Positions 53,849 through 64,000 of a stretch of DNA of 64,000 nt are shown here, in pieces. The stretch is from Moniliella sp. 'wahieum' (taxonomy: Eukaryota): positions 620,001 through 684,000 of the forward strand of contig RSEE01000002.1 in NCBI GenBank assembly GCA_003971905.1. Reading direction: 5' to 3'. Every line of letters starts with the position of its first letter. Within the stretch, counting starts at the first letter, position 1. The notes below the pieces were generated by a model. It was not told the origin of the DNA. It saw only the letters and a list, made by a program, of their open reading frames with translations, and made no database searches. Both the position numbers and the translations under genes were made by a program.

Positions 53849-55202
53849 GGTGTTTTGTGTTTCTCTCGAGACTCTCTTCCTTTTGACAACGGTCATTGGA
53901 TGAGGCTGTTTTTTGTTGTGTGTTGTGGTGAGACGGTGTTTCCTTTGGACAATGTCACATCCGTGGTTCCTATTAGTATCGTGTTCTGTTTTGCCGTATA
54001 GTGTAGTGTTGGTCATGCAGGTCATGTGCATGATTTCCACCACTTGAGTAATGTCTCGCTCAGCTGCGGTAACATCTACGGGGATTGGGTACTGGCATGG
54101 GCCGCGCGATCTCGTGGAAATCATTAGAGGTGCAAATCACCATTTCTGGCAACTCCACACACCAGTTGTGGCCATGCAGGTGGTACCCAAGGTCAGAGAA
54201 TCAAAGGGTAGTGGGCCAAGCACGCGGATGTCCTAACAACAAACAGTGATGGCCAGCCGCAGAGTGGTATGGCGCCTATACGAGATGCAAGAGGCATCTG
54301 GTCCTCCTTCAGATCAAGCAACAATTTCCCACCGACGAAATGCATCGTACGTTTGAGCCATTGTCTGTGGAGTGCAATGATTTCTTCAAGCCAAGCAATA
54401 GGCACGTGTTGACCTATGGTCTGTACACAGTTATTCACGCGACCACTTCCATCGCTTTCGAACGGGGCTCAAATGGTATTATGTGGGAGAAGCAACTATG
54501 GAGTGTGGGTAATTATGAGGAGAGAGCATCTGCTCAGCCATTTGCACAAGACGCGATATCTGGGTTGCCGGGGGATTCGCATCATGGTGGGAATGAACAA
54601 TGAACGGATGATCCCAGTAGCCCCGCTGACACCGTCGATATTCACAAACCTGGTAGGCTTATACGATGGAACTTCTCGGTACCAACGTCAGAAGTGAAGA
54701 CCGTCATTATCATGCCTCATCTTGGGTTTGCTTGGAAAAATATAGGGGGGACTACGTGAGCTCATCGCACCTCTGTTTTCTTTTAAAGCTTGACGTTTCG
54801 CACACATCATGTGTCCAGCTATGATGTCTGGTTAGTGCCCATCCACTTTGCGCGCGAACCACTGGCTTCATGTGGTCTTCCCTTTTCACTGATAACGCAG
54901 TGTTGGTCTATCACAGACGTAGAACCTCCCGTTCGTGGTACCATCCTCCTATCATTACACCCAAGACACCCTTAGCATGCCCATCAATCTGAACGGTGTA
55001 AACGGGCATGGGAAAGCAGTGCAGGATCAAGGGGTGAGAAGGACACAAGTGTTTCAACACCTGAAACCCAAAACTGAGCCCCAGACTGTCTAGGCCGAGG
55101 TTGGGAACAGAAGCATAATACGACTTGATCATCCAAAGCCATCATGAATCCAAATCCAGGATGGATGCGCCCCTTGCACCGATCGCGAAGAGATGTGGAA
55201 GT

Positions 55203-55886
55203 CTAGTTGAAGAAGTGGCGGTTGGGGTTCGGCCCAAACAGATCGGTGCGGATGATCGGTAGCATCAACTCCTCAATCAGCCGCAACCGTTCTCCAGTGT
55301 GTTGTCAATCGTAATCTTGTCCTCGTGCGAGACGAGCTTGACTCCACCAGAGGAATCTTTGGGCAAGCCCTCGGCAACCGAGAGAGAGACGGGCTTGCCA
55401 TACGCGTCCTTGTATTTGCTCGCCAGCTCGTCCACCAGACCTTCCAGCACACTCACGTCCTGAGGACGCACTACCAGAGTCACCTTGGGCTCTGTCAGCT
55501 GGAGCAGACCCTGAAGCGAAAGCTGCACAGCAGCTTCGCATACGCTGCGGGGTCAGACGTGGTCGAGGCGAGTTTGGCACGGGCAGCGTCAAAGAGGGAC
55601 TGGAGGTGCTCCTCGCGGGCCTGGAGCAGCTTGAGACGGGCGGCGTTGGTCGCGGTGGACTGGGCAATGCGAGTGGAGGTAAGTGCAGCCTTGGCCTTCT
55701 TGTCGTACGTAGCATCAAGCGAGACGGACTCGCCGCGCGGACAAGCTTGCCCTTTTCGATGGCAAAGTCCTCGTCGGCGCGGACTTGGATCTCCCGCGCT
55801 TTTTCGACAGCCTCCTGCTTAATGAAGCTGACCATCTTCTTCATCTCGCTCAGCACCTCATCGTCGTTCAGGGGGCGTGCGCTCAT
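55203..55886 (-). CDS. VMA4: V-type H+-ATPase subunit E; frameshifted
   Basis: [50 protein letters not shown]...GGVKL...ITIDNTLE...[23 protein letters not shown]. Confidence 0.96.
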
Positions 55887-56476
55887 GGTGGGCAGGGAAA
55901 GCAAGGCGAAGCAAGGCGAGCGTGGGTGGCCGGGTAGGACGAGCGGGTGGAGCGCGAGACGAGAAGCGGAGGCAGCAGTCGCCAGGTGGCCGGTGCGCCG
56001 ACACGAGGAGCGGCGCTCTTGGGGAGGGGCAGCTTACCACCAACCGAACTCTGCAATTCCGCCAGCGGAAGCGGCCCCCTGGATTTGCAATTTCAAATCC
56101 TGGGTCTGGTCGCTGGGTCAGTTCGGACGTACGTAACCCTGCCTCTGCAGCCGATCGGCAACTGTCGGCCACCAGCCGAGGGTCCAACGTTCAACTTGCT
56201 GCGCAGTGCACGTGATGAGTTGATTTCAGCGCTCCATTGAACATTTGCCAAGCTGCCATGGGGCTCATGGGGAGTGGCCTGTGGCCCGTCGGGCTATGGC
56301 GTGCTCAGGGCGGTGATTTGAGCACGCCATCGTCGTCGGTGCAACACCGGGGCCAAACCCAGCAAGTGCCCCCCCACATGAGCAGCCAATGGTGTGTCCA
56401 CTGCGCAACCCCCATCTTTTTCGCAGTCCGAAGCGAAGACGAACTTGGCCCGGCCGGTCCGGAGCTAACAGATTCT

Positions 56477-56483
56477 TATAAAA
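56477..56483 (+). promoter_or_regulatory. TATA box of CYS3
   Basis: TATAAAA 168 bp upstream of the ATG, followed by a pyrimidine-rich leader. CCAAT at about 56386. Confidence 0.55.
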
Positions 56484-56644
56484 CCACATCGCTCCGTCGG
56501 CTACCCCTGCCCCACCCCCCATCCCTCCTCTACCACCCTCTCTCCGGCCGACGGACGTCTTTCTGGCTCCAACAGCCCCTGCATCAACGTCAGGCTCCAA
56601 CAGCCCTATACCCGTTCTACAGCATATCTCCATCTCTGCTCGCC

Positions 56645-57961
56645 ATGGCCCCCATCTCTACTTCCGTCCACGGCACCCCCACTGCCTCTGCCCCTCAGCT
56701 CGGCTTCGCCACCCGTGCTCTCCATGTTGGCTCTGAGCCCAACGGTGAGACCGGCGCCGTCATCCCCCCGATCAGCCTGAGCACCACTTTTGCCCAGGAC
56801 GGAGTGGGCAACCACAAGGGCTGGGAGTACTCGCGTTCGGGCAACCCCACGCGTGACAGCTTTGAGCGTGCGCTCGCTGCCCTCGAGGGTGCCGAGCGCG
56901 GCTTTGCCTTTTCCTCCGGCTCGGCGGTGACGGGGACGATCCTCACATCGCTGCCCCCCAACGCCCACGTCATTTCGGTCAACGATGTGTACGGTGGCAC
57001 CCACCGGTACTTTACCAAGGTTGCCTCGGCCGCGCAGCACGTCAAGGTGGACTTTGTCGACCTTGAGGCGAGGAGGCGCAGATTACCCAGCGTATTCAGC
57101 AGCTCGCTCAGCCTAACACCCAGCTCGTCTGGGTCGAGACGCCAACCAACCCCACCCTGCGTCTGATCGACATTGCTGCCGTGGTGCGGGTGGTGCGGCG
57201 CGCCGCCCCCCAGGCATCGATCGTGGTTGACAACACTTTCCTCTCGCCCTACTACCAACAACCTCTTGCCCTCGGTGCCGACGTGGTGGTGCACAGTGTC
57301 ACCAAGTACCTCAATGGCCACTCGGACGTGGTGATGGGTGTGGCGGCGACGAGCCACCCTTACTGGGTTGAGCGCCTTGCCTTCTTGCAAAACGCGTTGG
57401 GTGCCATCCCTTCGCCGTTTGACTCGTGGTTGGCTCTTCGTGGGCTCAAGACACTGGCGCTGCGTATGCGCGCCCACGGGGAGAACGCTGTGGCCATTGC
57501 CCAGTTTGCCCAGGCCCACCCGGCCGTCGAGGCGGTCGCTACCCCCCGGCCTGCCCTCTCACCCTGGTCGCGCCGCGGCTTTGGCCAACATCCAATCGGC
57601 TGCGCCTGCCGCTGCAGTTAATGCCAAGGCGGCCGCGCAGACGGGTGCGGCGTTCCCGTATGGTGGCATGATGGGCCTTCGTCTGCGTGGGTCCCCGAGT
57701 GACAGTGCTGCCACCGACGCGCTCCTCTCTGAGCTGCACATCTTTACCCTTGCCGAATCCTTGGGCGGTGTGGAGTCCCTGATTGAGCAGCCGTCCAAGA
57801 TGACTCACGGCGGTCTGTCCGACGAGGAGCGCGCTCACCTCGGCATTGGCCACAACTACCTCCGCCTTTCGCCGGGTGTGGAGGACACGGCCGACCTGCT
57901 TGCTGACCTCAAGCGTGGGCTTGACGCTGCTCAGGCTGTCCTGGAGGGCAAGAAGGCGTAA
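56645..57961 (+). CDS. CYS3: Cystathionine gamma-lyase (PLP-dependent); frameshifted
   Basis: FATRALHVGSEP..ETGAVIPPISLSTTFAQ, EYSRSGNPTR, DVYGGTHRYF, WVETPTNPTL, VVDNTFLSPY, HSVTKYLNGHSDV (PLP lysine), FTLAESLGGVESL, MTHG, LRLS.GVED. Confidence 0.95.
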
Positions 57962-58509
57962 GGTACGATGCCGAGCGTACATGGCATGTACATGCTGGGG
58001 TGGCTCGTACATGGACAGTGAACTGGTGGGCACCACGTCTCATATCATGGTTTTGGCCTTGCCTTGTTGCTGTATTACTAGTACTTTGTCCCCAATCTTG
58101 TTGCCTGTCTTCATTGAAAACGATTTGCTATTCCCTGTCTGATCTTTCCTAGGTTTCCATGAGCACCTCGTTGCGTATTCCTTCGCCAGCGCCTCGCCTG
58201 GCCCTGACGATGCTAGTAGTAGCCGTAGTCTGTACATGGACAACACACCAGATGTAACAGTGTTTCGAAAGTGCCAACTGGCGTATCGGAAGGTGCCTAT
58301 TTAGAAGTTGAAATTTGAACCCCATGAGCTTCAGCTTCAACAGTGGATTGTGCTTAGCTTCACACGTCACAGTGCACGAATGATATGACCGGCAAGGCAG
58401 CCGAAAACGCCGCCGCAGCTTCACTGAAGGTCCCTGTGAGGTTCTGGTTCAGGGTGTGCTTCACGGCCACCACCTTCTGCATTTGTACTATCTCTGCAGC
58501 GCCCCCACC

Positions 58510-59156
58510 ATGTCTCTCTACACTCTCAAATCACCCTGGAAGAACTCGGTGCTAGACTACAGCACCTTGCGAGGCAAGGTTCTTCTGATCTTCAACTCGG
58601 CGACAAAGTGCGTATGCCACTTCCCCTCATCCTTGGTGCTCTCCACACATCGGTGGGCTGATGGATGCACTAACCCCATGTTGAATAGGTGCGGTCTGAC
58701 ACCCCAGCTCAAGGAGCTGCAAGAGCTATACGACACGTACCATACTTCTGGGTTGGAGGTGATTGGGTACCCCAGCAACCAATTTCGTTCCCAGAACCCC
58801 GAGAACGATGAAGATACCGAGGCATTCTGTCAGCTCAACTATGGCGTCCAGTTCCCCATGGTCAACAAGAGGTATGTAACCGCCGACTTCCATCGCCTAG
58901 TGCATACGTGTACTGACCGTCTCTCCACCGGACCTGCTCCACAGCGACGTGAACGGACCCGAGACGAACGAGGTGTTTAAGTACCTCAAGGCGCAAAGCC
59001 ACGGTGCGAAGGGAGGAGATTACTTGGAACTTTACCAAGTTTTTGGTCGACCGGGATGGCCATGTGGTCCGGTATGCCCCAACCACCCAGCCCAGCTCGC
59101 TCAAATCTGAAATCGAGAAGCTGCTTGCACACTCGTCTACCAAGGCAAAAATGTAG
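58510..59156 (+). CDS. Cys-type glutathione peroxidase-family peroxidase (Gpx/Hyr1-like); introns 58608-58688 and 58872-58944
   Basis: [55 protein letters not shown]. The active-site codon is TGC. Confidence 0.93.
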
Positions 59157-59609
59157 TATTCCCTCGATGCACTGCAACATCCTTCATGAGCCGCTGCTCA
59201 GCGCTCATTGCGCTTCGTACGCTATGCTCATCCTCCTGATGAAGGTGCGAAAGGCACGCGTTTGTTTTGTTCCCTCAAACTTACCCTGGGATCAAAACTC
59301 ATGCTTGGGCTACCCGGTTATGAGTTTTGACTGCATCTCTATTCTAGGGGGCTTTAGTTGTGTGGAGTGACTTTCATGGTGTCTTTTACTGTGCGACCCT
59401 TCTCTATGCAATAGTCGAAAGGGGGGGCAGGGGCGGGGGGGGGTGCAACACATGGAGCGGACAGTGTGAATAGCCCAGGCGTTATCATGTGTCTGACGTA
59501 AGCGACTTTTGATAAGGCGGCTACCCATTGAGACAGAGCGCTTTCGGTTCCTCGACGCTGACGGCACCACCACCACCCTTCGCATGCCCCTGTGCGCGTG
59601 CACGTAGCC

Positions 59610-61326
59610 ATGCCCACCGATACCATCCAACTCCTCGATTCGGGATCGGACGATGTGGTGCGGGAGCGCTCCAACGACTCTGCATTGGACCCACCTCCTG
59701 CGCCTCACAGACGGCCGTGGTCCGAGATGGTCAACTGGACTCCCTCTCGGCCTGCCTTGACCCGCTTGGGCGCGGCCTTCTTCGTCTTTGGTGTGGTAAA
59801 CAATGCTCTGTATGTTGTCATCCTAACCGCTGCACTCGAACTTTTACCTCCAGGCGTACCCACGGGCGTGGTCGCCTGCGCCAACATTGCGCCTTCTCTC
59901 GTGTCCAAGGCCGTATTTCCATACATCCTCACCGGCACCGTCCGGTACAACCGCCGCATATGGGCCTGTTCCATCATGAGTTTTGTGGGGCTAGCGGTAA
60001 GTTTTCCCCAATAGTGAGGGTCGTGTGGTATTAACTCCTCCTATGGGGCAGATGATTGCCCTTACTCCCTCCCTGGCAATACGACTGAGTGGGATTGCCC
60101 TGGCCAGTTTCAGTCAGGATTGGGGGCTCACCTTCCTCCAGCTGGCAACACGCTACTCTCATTCCGGAAGTGCTGGGCATGGCGTGGGCTGGTTTGCATC
60201 AGGCACGGGTGGAGCTGGATTTGTGGGAGCGATCGCCTGGTGGATCGTACGCCCACTAGGCGTTAAGGGAGGACTGAGCATCTTGTCTCCCATGCCTTGG
60301 GGCATGATTTTAGCTTATCTCTTTCTGCTTCCCTCTCCAACTGCAGTCCAAGCCGAGCAGGAGGCAACCTCTTACACTGCTGTCCCCACGGCCGACCCTG
60401 CTTTGGGACCACACCAAGATGAGGAAGAGGAGGAACAAGTGCTGGACCAAGTTTGGCCCAACACCATTTGCCCCGAGCTGGACCGGCAACAATATTCGAC
60501 TTATGATCCCCTCTCTGAAGAAGTGAAACACGTAAAACTTACTCGGCGGACAAGCTCAGTTGCTGAAGCCTATGCTGCCAGTCTACATCATTCCTCTCTT
60601 TGTAGGTTTCTCGCTTTTTAACATGATTGGCGAAAGGACAACGCGACTAACCCTTTTTGCAGAGTCTATTTGGGGGAGTACTTGATCAATCAGGCTGTGA
60701 GTCCTGTGCTGCCTATCCACTCCCTCTTCATCCGAGCATCCCCTCCTCTCCCATATTTACAAGAAATTGTCCGACTACTACGCGTTCTATCAGCTTTGCT
60801 ACCAAGCATTTGTCTTTCTCTCGCGGTCCTCCGTGTCGGTCTTCAAGCTATCGGCCATCCCGCGCCGATGGCTATGGGCTCCTGCCATATGTCAATGCTT
60901 GCTGTTCGCTGTTCTCTCCACCGAGGCTGTCTATCACTGGTTCCGGGCGTCCATTGCACCCTCGTTGGCCATCGTCCTTGTCGCAGTCGAAGGTCTGGCT
61001 GGTGGATATTCTTAGTGAGTACTGAGTCCTCTCGCCCTGCTGCCCATTCTTCCCACCTATCTAACGTGTAATATGTTCAAACAGTGTTTCTGTGTTTTAC
61101 CACATCGGCATGTCCCCGCCGGCAATCAGGGTCGAGGAGTACGAGAATGCGGCTACAGCCGACGCGGCGGCTGCGGGCCATCCAGGAACACGAGTTCCGG
61201 ATTGGTTGTGTAGGCTTTGGCGATACCCTGGGTATCTTAATGGCGTCCATCTTGTCCATGCCGTTGCAACTGCAGCTGTGCACGGCTCAGGTCGAACGCG
61301 GGTATACCCTTTGCAAACAAGTATAA
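59610..61326 (+). CDS. BTN1: Battenin Btn1/CLN3 vacuolar membrane protein; introns about 59997-60051, 60602-60662 and 61015-61084
   Basis: AFFVFGVVNNALYVVILTAALELLP..VPTGVV..ANIAP, LSGIALASFS, WFASGTGGAG, EYLINQ, YQLCYQAFVFLSRSS, EGLAGG, EHEFRIGCVGFGDTLGILMAS. Confidence 0.93.
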
Positions 61327-61833
61327 TGGCGCTGTGCTGCCTTTCTCTACCCCTTTTTCTCTTATTGGTGAACCAAGGCCAGATACACAGCTCCTATAAA
61401 AGTAGAGCCGTTGTTGTGTGGCTGACCACCTGTTCCAATTGTCCGTGGTGGGAGAGTAACAGAGAACATGTGGCGCTATTGGTCAGCGACGGTGGTTAGT
61501 GTGGATGAGAGGGACTTATTGGACAGTTGGCCATCTTGTCAGGCGTCCACTGGAGGTATGAAGACTGACTACGACCGAGGAACGAAGTTGATTTTGGATA
61601 GAGCGCGGCTGCCATTTCACTTTAATTCGCGGAGTGTGTCTCCACTACTATCAAGGGAACAAATGTAGCGGCGTATCACTACAAGGTACTCAATGAACCA
61701 TTTTTCACTCGGGATGTGATGCCCCGCCTCACTCTGAGTCCGCTGTCTCGACCAACGTCTCTAGCGGGCACCTCCCTCCCCTCACCGCTTCCTTCCCTCT
61801 GGCTGGCGGCCCGTTCAGCATACCATCCTGGTC

Positions 61834-64000
61834 CTATATTTTTCCAGGAGCTGGACATGGGCTCGTACTTTCCAAGCCGGAGCCGAGCGAAGCGGCTGCT
61901 GTGGCAGAGGAAGAGGAAGCCATCCATTCTGCGAGGAGCTGGAGCCGCGAATGGCGATGCCGACCAAGAAGCCCAGAAGTATGAATAATATCTTGGTCGA
62001 CCTCACGTTTCAAGGGCCAATATGTAAAGAGGAAGCTGGAGGATGTTTCGACTGGGTTCTGTTTCATCGGTTTTCTTGCGCCTCGCCAACAAGGAGGATA
62101 TGACGGTGATCAACACGAGGTTGTAGTCGACGACGGGGACGAAGGTGCGTCAGGCAATGCGCATTCAGAAGCCTTTGTTGGTCGAGTTGAAACAACTCGA
62201 CGCCGGGCGAGGGATCCGGCGGCTAGGCGCGAGGTATGGGTGGTCCGTACGGGTATTAAATGCGTTCTCACAATGGCGTGTGCATTCGACATGTGAAGGA
62301 TGTGCGTGAAGGGGGTGGAGAGTATGTACCCTGTCAGTAGCATAGCCCGAAATGGGATGGTGCTCTGCAGCGCGTTGGAGCCAAGGCGGTGTGCGACTAC
62401 AATACTGTGAGGGGGAGGTGTTGATGAACGGATAACTGGATGAGATGATGAATGCACGTATGGTTTCATGGAAGGGAGAAGGCATAGTAGGAAGGCCAAA
62501 GCACAGTAATGTACATTCGCAAGCATGGCTACAAGTAGGCTGGGCCTCCAACGGGAACGTAACTGGACGGAGCCATAGTTCGAGGTGAGTAGAGTAGACA
62601 AGAGGGTAGGCCTGGGTGGCCAAGGTTCGTACTTGGTTACGGTGCTATGCGCAGCACAGCTGCCGGCACAGAGCGGGACCGGCTGTGGTCCCGTAGCGCA
62701 GCAATCGCTTCGACCGGCACAGCAGGCAAAGGGTGAGGAGGAAGCGGAAGCGGGAGCGGAAGTTTGGGAGGTGGAAGCTGCGACGACGAAGACGGCACAC
62801 GTGCTCGTTTCGACGCGTGCGCGCACGGGAGCAGGGGGTGCGTGTGCGACACGCGCAGCGGCGTAGCCTGGGCTGGACGGAAGCGGCACAGCAGACGGGG
62901 ACGGGAAGCAAGCGCAAGGGAGGGAGTGCATCCCCCGATGCTCGCGTACGGTAGGTTGAGCCACATACGGTCCCGACCAAGAAGGCATCCCCATCCACCC
63001 AAGCAGTGGCTCGGAAGCGCCCATCCTCGCTCACGGGTCCACCCGTCAGGTCCGCCTCCGTTTCCGCTCGGAACGCCGTAACCTCCAGCCCCAGCCCCAA
63101 CCCCCGCCCCGACCCCGTCGGAGCAGCCCCAAGCCTGCCCTCGACCCAGGGGCGATGGGGCCGGGGCAGAAGGAAAATAGGGCAGCTGAACCGAGTCGTG
63201 CTGAGCGTGGTTCCGCCCTCCCGTACCGGCGTGTGCAAATGGCGCGGGGGGGGGCAACCCCGACGAAAACGTGGGGTGAAATGGCAGTAGTAGGAGAGAG
63301 AGATGATCTAGTATCCTCACATCTGGTGGTGGCGGTTATCTTGTCCCCGGAAAGACCGTCGGTCAAAACTGAAGTGGAAGCCGGGGCAAGAGTGGACGAG
63401 GATGACAAGGTTGAAGAGAAATCCGGAGAGACAGCAGGCAGATCCAGTTGGTCGTGATCATCTCTCACCACCTCAAGGGTAGGGAGGGGCACCAAGAGCG
63501 CCTCGCTCAATTCTGCTCCACCTCCTGTAGCAAGTCCAGGTCGATGGAGGGCTTGCATTCGGTCCAACAATCTTCCGGCTGCTCGGACCGACGATCGCCG
63601 AGGTGCCATGCCGATGCCGACGAGGCGCGCGCATGACCGCCCGATCCGGCCCGCCGCTCCATCGATACCGCAGCACGCTTCTTCAGTCGCGCCACCGTCT
63701 CACGCGCCTGTGCGCTGAGCAACATCAGGTCCGATGGGCCCTCGATGCAATCCGGCATAGTCGAGGCGGGGACCGAATCCTTGTCCTCTTCTCTTTCTCT
63801 TCCACCTCCATCTCCACATTCTCGACTCCAAACCCGGTCCCCAACTGGGTCCAGCGTCGTTGCGCTGCCAACCAAGTTGGGTCTTGCGCTGCTGCGCTCA
63901 CGCCGATCACCTCAGCAGGCAAACGGAACCGGACAGACTTGCCCCCCCGGCCCGATTGGAGAGTTAGGTGGCCCACCTCGTCACAGCTGGTAAAGTGATC
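61834..64000 (-). CDS. Hypothetical protein(s), likely starting beyond the window end
   Basis: Chain of minus-strand protein-like ORFs (63507..63875, 63046..63609, 62110..63024, 61834..62067). No family recognised. Confidence 0.3.

Noticed and set aside
58600..58700. Selenocysteine glutathione peroxidase
   Set aside because: After splicing, the active-site codon is TGC (Cys), not TGA.
62640..62760. CFEM or metallothionein-like Cys cluster (CCAGRSDCC...LCAGSC)
   Set aside because: Cys spacing does not fit CFEM, and the true reading frame here is uncertain.

Overview
Eukaryotic, GC-rich, gene-dense fungal DNA. It is most likely a basidiomycete of the Ustilaginomycotina type, inferred from short GT...CTRAC...YAG introns, few introns per gene, and the protein sequences. 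Almost every gene is split by 1-3 nt indels, which looks like an unpolished long-read assembly, so gene models below were stitched across frames by eye and their ends are approximate. Recognisable genes in order: BNI4-like, AIR1/2 zinc-knuckle, FKS1, BIM1/EB1, a decayed 3'-truncated TUP1 copy, intron-containing tRNA-Val(AAC), MAD2, MRPL15 (mL57), a divergent eIF3g, an Ams2/Spt21-like putative Zn-finger protein, ZDS1-like, RPS18, CWC22, ERG10, MCM3, a secreted Ser-rich protein with a lysozyme/SLT-like domain, VMA4, CYS3, a Cys-type glutathione peroxidase and BTN1/CLN3, plus several orphans. The most interesting unexplained signals are (1) a roughly 400-nt highly structured, possibly pseudoknotted non-coding segment divergent from RPS18 that also contains CTAACCCT, (2) the TUP1 pseudogene with transition-type stops, (3) the secreted mucin-like lysozyme-fold protein, and (4) recurrent promoter motifs (telo-box, AACGTT/AAGCTT words, an MCB cluster, a CYS3 inverted repeat). 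No CRISPR array, rRNA or clear transposon was seen.
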